A stretch of DNA of 32,000 bases from Nitrospirota bacterium (GTDB taxonomy: Bacteria > Nitrospirota > Nitrospiria > Nitrospirales > Nitrospiraceae): positions 231,832-263,831 of the forward strand of contig JBFLWP010000002.1 in NCBI GenBank assembly GCA_040757595.1. Direction: 5' to 3'. A model generated the notes under the pieces. It did no database searches and was not told where the DNA came from. It worked only from the letters and a program-made list of their open reading frames with translations. This document shows positions 10,460 through 20,770 of the stretch, piece by piece. Every line of letters begins with the position of its first letter. The stretch's first letter is position 1. The translations under genes and the position numbers were made by a program.

Positions 10460-10885
10460 TTAGCTTGTCGGTCCGGAGCGTATTGAAAAAGTCCGAGCCG
10501 ACCAGCGCTCCCCCGGCAGGCCGACCGATTGACTCAACCACTGTCCCAACTCCTTTTCTTTGATCGGCTGGGGGAGCACCGTTTCGGTCCCTTGATAGGT
10601 CTCGAGGCCCTCGGCCGTGGACGCATCCGATCCTTTCACCAGCAGAAGAACCGGCAAGAGCATGCCCCGCTCCCGAAGAAATCTGCGCACTTCAGAATGG
10701 CGGTTGGCCGGTGGATCGACATCGAGCAACAGTCCGTCGAAATGCCAGCGTTGGAGCATCATCAAGGCCTCGCTCTGGTTGGCGACAGTCCGGAACCCGT
10801 ACCCAAGCCCGAACAATAAATCTTCGAGCCTCTCTCTGGTATCCGGATTGCGCGCGACGATCAGGAGGTTCTTGGGCGTTGTCAT
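10460..10885 (-). CDS. Degenerate response-regulator receiver-domain protein
   Basis: MTTPKNLLIVARNPDTRERLEDLLFGLGYGFRTVANQSEALMMLQRWHFDGLLLDVDPP..LPVLLLVKGSD..VLPQPIKEKELGQWL is a CheY-like fold pattern. Confidence 0.7.
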   Translation of the reverse strand: MTTPKNLLIVARNPDTRERLEDLLFGLGYGFRTVANQSEALMMLQRWHFDGLLLDVDPPANRHSEVRRFLRERGMLLPVLLLVKGSDASTAEGLETYQGTETVLPQPIKEKELGQWLSQSVGLPGERWSARTFSIRSGPTS

Positions 10886-11273
10886 CGCGTAGGCCCCTCC
10901 GTTGCGGATTTCGGATGGAGAGGATTTCGCAAGAGCTGTGCCCTGAGAGGATTCTTTGTTCCATCCCTGTTTAGCTTTTGGGGATGAGACAACTCCGTCC
11001 GTTTTTGTACAAAGCGATCCGGTTGGGGAAAGGAAGAATGCGGAGACTCCGATCAACCTTGGCCCCTGCTCAAAAGGCAGGTTCTGAGGCAATTGGCAAC
11101 AGGAGGCTCGTTCCTCACTGACCTCAAATGCCTCATTCTTGTTGGTTCCTGTTTGATCCTGCCCGATGCCGCCCGGACGCATTCCGTTGATTTACTTGCC
11201 GCGGTCTCTTTTGGTTGTGCGTGGCACTCAGGATGCTCTTATCCCGCCGAGTCCGAGGATCTCGGAGGCCGGC

Positions 11274-11534
11274 ATGGAGGATGCTATGGCTCAGCGCGCA
11301 GCAGTTGCCGACCGGATTCGGGACGCGGTCTCTCAAGCTCCTGGTTGCCTCCTCGACGATTTGGTCTCCGCCTGCTCGGATCTCACCTGGAATCAAATCT
11401 TCCTCGGGATCGATCATTTGGCCCGAACCGGGCACCTCCGGCTCAAGCCCGTTGGGCCGGGGCGCTACAGGGTTTGGCTGTCGGAGAGCCAGTGCCGTGA
11501 TCGGCTGCCCTTTGATCGCGGTGGACCGGCATGA
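11274..11534 (+). CDS. Hypothetical protein, possibly winged-helix-like
   Basis: MEDAMAQRAAVADRIRDAVSQAPGCLLDDLVSACSDLTWNQIFLGIDHLARTGHLRLKPVGPGRYRVWL; the stop overlaps the next ATG (ATGA). Confidence 0.6.
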   Translation: MEDAMAQRAAVADRIRDAVSQAPGCLLDDLVSACSDLTWNQIFLGIDHLARTGHLRLKPVGPGRYRVWLSESQCRDRLPFDRGGPA

Positions 11535-11728
11535 AGACGCGTCCGAAGATCGTGCGACGCGCCGTTCCGCCCAGGTGCGACCGTTGCGGCGGTCTCCTGG
11601 TGTTTGAATGGATCGGCGAGCTGAACGGCGATGACGGAACCTGGCGCTGCGTGATCTGCGGAGAGCGGATCGATCCGGTGGTCGTCGCCCACCGCCGCGA
11701 GATGGCGGCTCACGAGCCGCGCCGGTAG
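11531..11728 (+). CDS. Small zinc-ribbon-like protein
   Basis: RCDRCGGLLVFEWI...WRCVICGERIDP: two CxxC pairs. Overlaps the preceding gene by 4 bp. Confidence 0.6.
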   Translation: MKTRPKIVRRAVPPRCDRCGGLLVFEWIGELNGDDGTWRCVICGERIDPVVVAHRREMAAHEPRR

Positions 11729-11764
11729 GGATTCTTGCGGCAGGCCATGACCGGGAGGTACGAG

Positions 11765-12307
11765 ATGCGAGGGGGCGGATTGGCGTTGTGGATGCTGCTG
11801 GTCTCGACGGTCCTGGCTTACGGGCCGTCTTCGCCCTTGGCGCTGGCCAAAGTCCAGGTCGTGCTGGATGCCCAAATCACGGCGGACGAGAAGACGGTGA
11901 GCGAGATCGTCGCCGCGTTCGACCAGGCCGAATCGGCCGTCCAGGCCCGTGATGTGGATACCCTCATGACCCTCTACTCGAAGCGGTACAACTACCACCG
12001 GTTGAGGAAATCCGATGCCAGAAGGCTCTGGGAGGAGATCTTTGAATACCACCGCCAACTGCACTCGACCCACTTGTTCACCCGGATCGTGACTGCTGAG
12101 TCCGGCGGAGAGCTGAGAGCGGAGGTGACCTGCACGGGAGCCCTGTGGGGGATCGGAACCGAGTCGGGTCAGAAGGTCACCATCGACAGCTGGTCCGACG
12201 AAGTCCACTACCTGGTCAAAGAGGACGGAAAATGGCGGATCATAGGCAATGCCGGGGTTGCGCCGGAGACCCCTCGGTTCGGCCATGCTCCCCATCCTCT
12301 GTTCTGA
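11765..12307 (+). CDS. Putative exported NTF2/SnoaL-like protein
   Basis: N-terminal hydrophobic signal-like segment, then TVSEIVAAFDQAESAVQARDVDTLMTLYSKRYNYH...VHYLVKEDGKWRIIGNAG. Confidence 0.6.
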   Translation: MRGGGLALWMLLVSTVLAYGPSSPLALAKVQVVLDAQITADEKTVSEIVAAFDQAESAVQARDVDTLMTLYSKRYNYHRLRKSDARRLWEEIFEYHRQLHSTHLFTRIVTAESGGELRAEVTCTGALWGIGTESGQKVTIDSWSDEVHYLVKEDGKWRIIGNAGVAPETPRFGHAPHPLF

Positions 12308-12347
12308 GCATCGGTCTGTCTGCCGCTCTCGAATCATGAGGAGCACT

Positions 12348-12578
12348 ATGCCACGGGGCATGATTCTGTTCGCGGCGTTGTTACTCGCCGGATGTATCCC
12401 GACTCCCGATCGGAACCCGCCGCCCCCGAAATCGGGGATGGCCAACCGGCACGCGGCCTTTACGGAGGACCGCCTCTTTCGTTTGTCCTTGGGTCGGACA
12501 AGCGGAGTGGAGGGCACGGCAACCTTGCCGCTTGGCAGCCGGTTCCCCTCGATCTTCGGTCGGCAACCCCGCTCCTGA
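12348..12578 (+). CDS. Putative small lipoprotein
   Basis: MPRGMILFAALLLAGC lipobox preceded by GAGGAG at good spacing. The C-terminal part is unremarkable. Confidence 0.45.
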   Translation: MPRGMILFAALLLAGCIPTPDRNPPPPKSGMANRHAAFTEDRLFRLSLGRTSGVEGTATLPLGSRFPSIFGRQPRS

Positions 12579-12848
12579 TACGTGTCGCCCACTCCTTGCG
12601 TCGGAGGCCTGTACAGTTCTGTACAGGTTGTTGCGCCGGGGACACAGTCCGCCAACGGGCCAATCCAGATCCATCGCGTTTAGGGGCACGCTCGTTCTAA
12701 CTTTTTACGAGACCGATCGTCTTTGTTCTCGCGGTCGCCATTCTGTTCCGGCGCCCTCGTTCGACCGGCCCTTCTCCGGCACGTGTTCGGCACGAATCCT
12801 GCTGCGTCCGCTTGGTTGCCGTGTGGATGGGAGGCGCGGGCCGGAGCG

Positions 12849-13139
12849 ATGGACCGGGGAGTCAAAGGCTACTTGCGGATTACGCGGCAGTTGGGAGGGG
12901 AGCCGGCCGTGCCCGGTACCTATCTGGTGCTGTTCGTCCCGTTTGGGATGGACAAGCCGACCCTCCAGCCCTGCCCCTGCGAGGGAGAGGCGGCGCTGGC
13001 CGCCTGTCTGCACGATCTGGGTCTCGGGCCGCCCGACGCAGCAAGGTTGGCGGAGGAGGCCAAGGTTTTTGCGCGTGCCACGGTCTGGGAGCTGGAGCTC
13101 TCCGACCAGCAGGTCAGGAAGTATTGGCCCCCTGTGTGA
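12849..13139 (+). CDS. Hypothetical protein
   Basis: MDRGVKGYLRITRQLGGEPAVPGTYLVLFVPFGMDKPTLQPCPCEGEAALAACLHDLGLG...; start within the longer ORF 12723..13139. Confidence 0.4.
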   Translation: MDRGVKGYLRITRQLGGEPAVPGTYLVLFVPFGMDKPTLQPCPCEGEAALAACLHDLGLGPPDAARLAEEAKVFARATVWELELSDQQVRKYWPPV

Positions 13140-13196
13140 ACGTCTCTCCGTCCTTCTCTCGCCGCCCCTTGCAACCGGGTCCGCCTTCGAGTTACG

Positions 13197-13994
13197 ATGG
13201 CTCTCCTCCTTAGTTGTTGCCCAGAGGCGCTGTTGAACCCGCAGCTTCAGCCGCTCATCGAACTGCAGACCCTTGATCTCCGGATCGGCGAGATCAGGGA
13301 ACACCAGCGAAAAGCCCCGGACCTCCTCTCCGCCGCGGAAGCCCCCCTCCGCGACGCGACCGCGATGCTCAAGGACGCGACCGCCGCCACCGAGACGCTC
13401 GGCAAGGAACGCCGCGATCGGGAGCGGGATCTGGAGGCCCAGGAGGCCCAGATCGAGAAACTCAAGGGCCGCCTCTCCGAGCTCAAGACCAACAAGGAGT
13501 ACCAGGCGCACCTCTTCGAGATCGAGATGGCGAACAAGAAGAAGGGGGAGATCGAGGAGCAGATCCTCGTGCTCATGGAGCGGATCGAGGCCCAGCAGCG
13601 GGCTCTGAAGGAAGCCAAGGCCAAGGTGGCGGACGCCGAGCGGCTGTTCGCCCAGGAGAAGGCCAGGCTGGAGGCCGAGTCCGCCGGTCTGGTGACCGAA
13701 CTGGCCCAGTTGGAGCAGAAGCAGGCGACCCTTGCGACGACGTTGGACCGGGAGTTGCTCGACCGCTACGGCAAGCTCAAGGCCATGCGCAAGGACCTCG
13801 CCGTGGTGCCGGTCAAGAACGGCACCTGCTCCGGCTGCCGTCTGCAACTGCCCCCCCAACTGGTTGCCGAGGTCAAGCGGTCAGACGAGATGAATGCCTG
13901 CCCCTATTGCCACCGGATTCTCTACTGGGACGGGGAACCGGTGAGCGTCTCGACGAGCCAGCCCCGACAGTTCGAGGAAGAAGAAACGGTCTAG
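13197..13994 (+). CDS. Coiled-coil zinc-ribbon protein (DUF164 / C4-type zinc ribbon family)
   Basis: Long heptad-rich coiled coil, then CSGCRLQLPPQLVAEVKRSDEMNACPYCHRILYW. Confidence 0.85.
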   Translation: MALLLSCCPEALLNPQLQPLIELQTLDLRIGEIREHQRKAPDLLSAAEAPLRDATAMLKDATAATETLGKERRDRERDLEAQEAQIEKLKGRLSELKTNKEYQAHLFEIEMANKKKGEIEEQILVLMERIEAQQRALKEAKAKVADAERLFAQEKARLEAESAGLVTELAQLEQKQATLATTLDRELLDRYGKLKAMRKDLAVVPVKNGTCSGCRLQLPPQLVAEVKRSDEMNACPYCHRILYWDGEPVSVSTSQPRQFEEEETV

Positions 13995-13996
13995 AT

Positions 13997-14665
13997 CTAA
14001 GTCCCAGCCGACGCGGCCAGCACCGCTTGCGTCGTCTTGAAGTGGAGCTTGGCCACGGTCCCCAGCCGGTCCTTCCCGTGCTTTTTGAGGATCATCCGCG
14101 CCGCGAGCTCGACCTGCTGTGACGCGCCCTTGGGAAGCGGGAGCCCCAGTTCGTCGGCCAGACGCCTGAGCCGGGTCAGGAACTCGGCCCGGGCCAGGAC
14201 CGACGCGGCGGCGACCGCCAGGTCGGCTTCCGCCTTGGGCTGCTGGATCAATCGGATCTGCTTGCCCTTCTCCAGGAGCGCGTTCTGGATGAACCGCTCG
14301 TCCCCGAACTGATCGGCGATCGCCAGCGGGCACTCCACCCGCTCCAGCAGGTTTTCGAGCGCGCGGGCGTGGCCCCAGGCGAGCAGCCGGTTCAGGTTCC
14401 TGATCTTGGCGTAGAGCTCGTTGTAGCGCTGCGGGCCGATCGCGACCACGCTGTGCGGGCAGACCTGCTTGATGTCCGGGGCCAGCTCCAGGATCCGGTT
14501 GTCGGAGATCTTCTTGCTGTCCCGCACCTGCATGAGGGTCAGGTCCGACTCAGCGGCTTCATCCACGAAGACCGCCGCGACGACCAAAGGCCCGAAATAA
14601 TCGCCCTTGCCGGATTCGTCGATGCCGATCCGGCCGGTTCCCCGGTTGGGCTGTTCCGTGGTCAT
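13997..14665 (-). CDS. rnhC: Ribonuclease HIII-like protein
   Basis: RIGIDESGKGDYFGPLVVAAVFVD; VRDSKKISDNRILELA; PKAEADLAVAAASVLARAEFLTRLRRLADELGLPLPKGASQQV. Start at MTTEQPNRG (14665). Confidence 0.85.
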   Translation of the reverse strand: MTTEQPNRGTGRIGIDESGKGDYFGPLVVAAVFVDEAAESDLTLMQVRDSKKISDNRILELAPDIKQVCPHSVVAIGPQRYNELYAKIRNLNRLLAWGHARALENLLERVECPLAIADQFGDERFIQNALLEKGKQIRLIQQPKAEADLAVAAASVLARAEFLTRLRRLADELGLPLPKGASQQVELAARMILKKHGKDRLGTVAKLHFKTTQAVLAASAGT

Positions 14666-14787
14666 GGGGTGTCGTCTGAAGGTGACGGGGGCATCGGTCG
14701 GGGAGCGTACTGTAGCAGAGGCCGAAAATCCGGTCAATCGGCTTGCAACCGGATGCCTCGGCGATTATACTGAATCGGCGCGATGGA

Positions 14788-15197
14788 GGGGACCGGATGA
14801 TCGCTGGTGGGGAGACCGCCAGAGGAAAGTCCGGACTCCGCAGGGCGGGGCGCTGGGTAACTCCCAGGCGGAGCGATCCGACACCGGCACCACAGAGAAC
14901 AGACCGCCGATGGCCGGGGGTCCGCGACAGCGGGTCTCGGGATCAGGCAAGGGTGAAACGGCGGGGTAAGAGCCCACCGCGTCCGTGGCGACACGGACGG
15001 CACGGTAAGCGTCGCCCGGAGCAAGACCAAATAGGAGGGCGTCCGAGGCTCGACCATATGGGAGTCTCGGAACGGCTGGCCCGGTCAGGCCCTCGGGTAG
15101 GTCGCAGGAGGCTCGGGGCAACCCGAGCCCCAGAGAAATGATCATCCCCGTCGCAGAGACGATCTGAGGCGGGACAGAATCCGGCTTACAGGTCCCC
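14788..15197 (+). ncRNA. rnpB: RNase P RNA, bacterial type A
   Basis: 5' GGGGACCgg pairs with 3' GGTCCCC; conserved AGAGGAAAGTCCGGACTCC near the 5' end and GACAGAATCCGGCTTACAG at the 3' end. Confidence 0.95.
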
Positions 15198-15474
15198 TCC
15201 AGCGCGCCCTTTTGATCGCCCGTCGCAACTGCCCCTCCGTCACCTTGCCGGCGCAGGCCTCTCGCGCCTCGATCAGGACGACCGGGATCCGGCTCCCATA
15301 CCGGGCGGCGAGCGCCGCATCCTCGTCCACGTCCACGGTGAAGAGGCTGAACGGCGTCTCGGCCTGGAGCCGGCGCGCCATCTTGGCCACGACGTGACAC
15401 AGGTGGCAATCGCGTCGCGACAGGATCGTGACGCGGATCGCGTGAGGCGTCGAACGGGCGCTCGGCTGGGCCAT
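15142..15474 (-). CDS. Glutaredoxin/thioredoxin-like small protein (DUF836-type)
   Basis: IRVTILSRRDCHLCHVVAKMARRLQAETPFSLFTVDVDEDAALAARYGSRIPVVLI; CxxC and cis-Pro (RIPVV) features. The 3' end overlaps rnpB. Confidence 0.75.
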   Translation of the reverse strand: MAQPSARSTPHAIRVTILSRRDCHLCHVVAKMARRLQAETPFSLFTVDVDEDAALAARYGSRIPVVLIEAREACAGKVTEGQLRRAIKRARWRGPVSRILSRLRSSLRRG

Positions 15475-15572
15475 AGCCCGGCTACCGTAGCACAGTCGCC
15501 CGACGGCCCAAAAGACCATGTCTCCGCGCAGCGAGGGCTCTCTGCCGGCGAGCCGGACAGCGGCGATTTCTA

Positions 15573-15602
15573 TTGACTTCTCCGACAGGTCGCTGGTACG
15601 AT
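15573..15602 (+). promoter_or_regulatory. Candidate sigma70 promoter for the ilv operon
   Basis: TTGACT (15573-15578), 18-nt spacer, TACGAT (15597-15602). Confidence 0.4.
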
Positions 15603-15726
15603 CTGCTCTCTTTCCTATTGTTTTTTCAGAGGGATTTCACTGTCGGCCGTGACGCGCGCTTGGAGGGGCCCTCGCCTGGGGAGCGAGCCCCGAAGGGCGG
15701 CGAGCCATACATACGGGAGCGGAGCG

Positions 15727-17502
15727 ATGAAACTCACCGGGGCTGAAATTTTCTTGGAGTCGCTCAAGCGCGAGGGGGTAAAGACCATCTTCGCCTTGCC
15801 GGGCGGCGTCGTCCTGAAGATCTTCGACGTGCTGCACCAGCAGAAGGACGTCGAGGTGGTGCTCACCCGCCACGAGCAGGGGGCGGGCCACATGGCCGAG
15901 GGCTATGCCAAGGCCACCGGCAAGGCCGGCGTGGCGCTCGTGACCTCCGGCCCCGGCATGACCAACGTGGTCACGGCTCTGGCCGACGCCTACATGGACT
16001 CGGTGCCGCTCGTCTGCTTCACCGGTCAGGTGCCGACCAGCCTGATTGGGAACGACGCCTTCCAGGAGGCGGACAACGTGGGGCTGAGCCGTCCCTGCAC
16101 CAAGTACAACTTCCTCGTCAAGGACGTGAACGACCTGGCGGTCACGATCAAGGAAGCCTTCTACATCGCCACCACCGGCAGGCCGGGGCCGGTTCTCGTG
16201 GACATTCCGAAGGACGTGTCCATGAACAAGACCGACTTCAAGTACCCCAGCTCGGTCTCGATCCGGGGCTACAACCCGACCTACGAGGGAAACAAGTGGC
16301 AGATCAAGCAGGCGGCCGACGCGATCCTGAAGGCCAAGAAGCCGGTCCTCTACGTCGGCGGCGGCGTGGTCTTCTCCGGCGCCTCAGAGGAGCTTCTGGA
16401 GCTGGCCGAGCTGGCCCAGATTCCCGTGGACATGACGCTGATGGCCCTGGGGGCCTTTCCCGGCGAGCATCCGCTCTCGATGGGGATGATGGGCATGCAC
16501 GGCACCTACTGGGCCAACATGGCCGTCCACTATTCGGACCTCGTGATCGCGGTGGGCGCCCGGTTCGACGACCGCGTGACCGGCAAGGTGTCGGAGTTCT
16601 GCCCCTACGCGAAGGTCATCCACATCGACATCGATCCGACCTCGATCCGGAAGAACGTCCACGTGGACATCCCGATCGTGGGGGACTGCAAGCGCGTGCT
16701 GCGGGAGCTGAACCAGATCCTGAAAGCCACGGTAAACGGGGAGCAGCGGGAACTGCGCAAGCCCTGGTGGGATCAGATCAACGAGTGGCGGCAGGCCCAC
16801 CCGCTCGCGTACGAGCAGGACCCGAACGGCGCGATCAAGCCCCAGCACGTGATCAAGCGGCTCTTCGAGCTGACCAAGGACCGGGACCCGATCGTGGCCA
16901 CGGACGTGGGGCAACACCAGATGTGGTCCGCCCAGTACTTCAAGCTGGCGAAGCCGCGCCGCTGGCTCACGTCCGGCGGGCTGGGGACCATGGGGTTCGG
17001 CGTGCCGGCCGCCATGGGGGCTCAGGCGGCCTTCCGGGACAAGCTGGTCCTCTGCGTGGCGGGGGACGGGAGCGTCCAGATGAACATGCAGGAACTGGCC
17101 ACGGCGGTCGTGCACAAGCTGCCGATCAAGGTCGTCATCATCAACAACCGGTTCCACGGCATGGTGCGGCAGTGGCAGGACCTGTTCTACGAGGGGCGGT
17201 ACGCGTCCAGCGACCTGGACACGGTGCCGGACTTCGTCAAGCTGGCCGAGGCTTACGGGGCCGTCGGACTGCGCGCGGCCAAGGTCTCGGAGGTGGACGA
17301 CGTCATCAAGCAGGCGCTGGCGGCGGACAAGCCGGTGATCGTGGACGTGCCGGTGGACCGGTACGAGAACTGCTATCCGATGATCCCGGCCGGCGGGTGC
17401 AACCACGAGATGATCCTGGGCGATCCGCCCGAGCTCAAGAAAAAGCAGGCTGCCGGCGCGCCGGTGACCCCGGAGGACAAGGACACGGTGCTGACGGCAT
17501 AA
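15727..17502 (+). CDS. ilvB: Acetolactate synthase large subunit
   Basis: MKLTGAEIFLESLKREGVKTIFALPGGVVLKIFDVL..VLTRHEQGAGHMAEGYAKATGKAGV; GDGSVQMNMQELATAVVHKLPIKVVIINNRFHGMVRQWQ. Confidence 0.97.
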   Translation: MKLTGAEIFLESLKREGVKTIFALPGGVVLKIFDVLHQQKDVEVVLTRHEQGAGHMAEGYAKATGKAGVALVTSGPGMTNVVTALADAYMDSVPLVCFTGQVPTSLIGNDAFQEADNVGLSRPCTKYNFLVKDVNDLAVTIKEAFYIATTGRPGPVLVDIPKDVSMNKTDFKYPSSVSIRGYNPTYEGNKWQIKQAADAILKAKKPVLYVGGGVVFSGASEELLELAELAQIPVDMTLMALGAFPGEHPLSMGMMGMHGTYWANMAVHYSDLVIAVGARFDDRVTGKVSEFCPYAKVIHIDIDPTSIRKNVHVDIPIVGDCKRVLRELNQILKATVNGEQRELRKPWWDQINEWRQAHPLAYEQDPNGAIKPQHVIKRLFELTKDRDPIVATDVGQHQMWSAQYFKLAKPRRWLTSGGLGTMGFGVPAAMGAQAAFRDKLVLCVAGDGSVQMNMQELATAVVHKLPIKVVIINNRFHGMVRQWQDLFYEGRYASSDLDTVPDFVKLAEAYGAVGLRAAKVSEVDDVIKQALAADKPVIVDVPVDRYENCYPMIPAGGCNHEMILGDPPELKKKQAAGAPVTPEDKDTVLTA

Positions 17503-17526
17503 GAAGAAGTATGAAGTCTGAACGAT

Positions 17527-17560
17527 GAAGGATGAAGTCAGCGTTCCGACTTCATCCTTC
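17527..17560. repeat. Perfect 13-bp inverted repeat in the ilvB-ilvN gap
   Basis: gaaggatgaagtc (17527-17539), 8-nt loop, gacttcatccttc (17548-17560). Confidence 0.9.
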
Positions 17561-17574
17561 AGCCTTGGTTTAGG

Positions 17575-19210
<1,636 letters not shown>

Positions 19211-19215
19211 AAGCG

Positions 19216-19272
19216 GTTGTCAGTCGTCAGTGGTCAGTTTCAACTGATGACTGATCACTGATCACTGAAAAC
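19216..19272. repeat. Imperfect inverted repeat built from TCAGT words between ilvC and psd
   Basis: gttgtcagtcgtcagtggtcagt (19216-19238) against actgatcactgatcactgaaaac (19250-19272). Confidence 0.8.
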
Positions 19273-19280
19273 TCGAAGCA

Positions 19281-19931
19281 ATGGCGGACCGGGCCGTCGG
19301 AATTCCGATCGTCAGGGAAGGGCTGCCGTTCGTGGCCGCGACGGGCGGCTCGGCGGCCTTGGCCGGAGCGCTCGGCTGGACAGGGCCGGCCGCGGTGCTG
19401 GCCGGGCTGGCCGCCTTTACCGCCTGGTTCTTTCGCAATCCGCGCCGGGTTGCGCCCCTCGCGGCCGGGTCGGTGGTGGCGCCGGGCGACGGTCGGGTCA
19501 TCGCGATCGCCGAGGAGTTCGAGCCCCGCTACCTGAAGGATCAGAGCATCCGGGTGAGCATCTTTCTGAACGTCTTCGACGTGCACGTGAACCGGATTCC
19601 CTGCGACGGCGCGGTCGAGGAGGTGGCCTACCAGCCGGGCCGGTTCGTGGCGGCCGACAGGCCGGAGGCGACGCTGCGGAACGAGCAGAACGCTCTGATG
19701 ATCAGGACCGCCCAGGGCGCCAAGGTGCTCTGCGTCCAGGTGGCCGGGCTGATCGCGCGGCGGATCGTCTGTTGGGCTTCGCCCGGCGAGCAGGTCCGGT
19801 GCGGCGACCGGTACGGCCTGATCCGGTTCGGCTCGCGGATGGACCTGTTCCTGCCGCTCGGGGCGAAGCTGCTGGTCCGGGTTGGGGAACGGGTGAAGGG
19901 GGGCGAGACCCTGCTCGCCCAGTTCGGCTGA
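19281..19931 (+). CDS. psd: Phosphatidylserine decarboxylase-like protein
   Basis: GDGRVIAI..RVSIFLNVFDVHVNRIPCDGAVEEVAYQPGRF..RNEQNALMI..RFGSRMDLFLPLGAKLLVRVGERVKGGETLLA. Confidence 0.93.
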   Translation: MADRAVGIPIVREGLPFVAATGGSAALAGALGWTGPAAVLAGLAAFTAWFFRNPRRVAPLAAGSVVAPGDGRVIAIAEEFEPRYLKDQSIRVSIFLNVFDVHVNRIPCDGAVEEVAYQPGRFVAADRPEATLRNEQNALMIRTAQGAKVLCVQVAGLIARRIVCWASPGEQVRCGDRYGLIRFGSRMDLFLPLGAKLLVRVGERVKGGETLLAQFG

Positions 19932-19944
19932 GGGGGAAGCGATC

Positions 19945-20754
19945 ATGCGTCCACCGTTCATGAAAACCGGCCGGTTCAAGTTCATGAAGGATCCGAAACG
20001 CCGGCGCGGGGTGTACCTGATTCCGAACCTGCTGACGACCGGCAACCTGTTCAGCGGACTCTTCTCGATCCTGGCCGTCTTCGACGCCAACTACGTGGCC
20101 GCGGCGGTCGCGATCCTCGTGGCGATCGTCTTCGACATGCTGGATGGGAAATCGGCCCGTTGGATGAACAGCACGAGCCAGTTCGGCGTGGAGTACGATT
20201 CGCTGGCCGACCTCGTGTCCTTCGGGGTGGCCCCGGGCCTTCTGATCTACTCCTGGGCGCTCAGCACGCACGGCATGCTGGGCTCCGCGGTCCTGTTTGC
20301 GTTCGTGGCCTGCGGCGCGCTGCGCCTCGCCCGGTTCAACGTGATGACGGCGACGACCGAGAGCAAGTACTTCACGGGGCTCCCGATCCCGGCTGCGGCG
20401 AGCGTGATCGCGACGCTGGTGATCTTCGACCATCACATCGTGCGGATGGGAGCCGAGATCAAGCCGCTCCTGATCCTGATCGTGACGCTCTCGTTGGCCT
20501 TCCTGATGGTCAGCACGGTCAAATACCGGAGCTTCAAGGATCTCAAGTTCCGGGGCGGGCAGCACTTCAATTACCTGGTCTGGGCCATCCTGGGGCTGAT
20601 GCTCGTGGTCGCCTGGCCGCAGTTGATGCTGTTCGTGCTCGCGGCCGGCTACGCCCTGCTGGGGCCGGTCGAAAAGGGCGTCACCCTCGTGGCCAAGACG
20701 TTCGGGAGGCGGGAGCCGGCCGCGGAGCAGCCGGTGCTGGAATCGAAGGACTAA
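19945..20754 (+). CDS. pssA: CDP-diacylglycerol--serine O-phosphatidyltransferase
   Basis: YLIPNLLTTGNLFSGLFSI; DMLDGKSARWMNSTSQFGVEYDSLADLVSFGVAPGLL is the CDP-alcohol phosphatidyltransferase motif. Confidence 0.95.
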   Translation: MRPPFMKTGRFKFMKDPKRRRGVYLIPNLLTTGNLFSGLFSILAVFDANYVAAAVAILVAIVFDMLDGKSARWMNSTSQFGVEYDSLADLVSFGVAPGLLIYSWALSTHGMLGSAVLFAFVACGALRLARFNVMTATTESKYFTGLPIPAAASVIATLVIFDHHIVRMGAEIKPLLILIVTLSLAFLMVSTVKYRSFKDLKFRGGQHFNYLVWAILGLMLVVAWPQLMLFVLAAGYALLGPVEKGVTLVAKTFGRREPAAEQPVLESKD

Positions 20755-20770
20755 ACAGGGTAGACTGGAA

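Noticed and set aside
10350-10541. Small - strand ORF (MVESIGRPAGGALVGSDFFNTLRTDKLTG...)
   Set aside because: Overlaps the receiver gene and shows no supporting motif; probably spurious or a remnant.
15603-15726. T-box or leader-peptide attenuator upstream of ilvB
   Set aside because: No GGGTGGTACC motif, no branched-chain-rich leader peptide and no terminator with a U-run. Only a candidate promoter and a GC-rich hairpin region are present.
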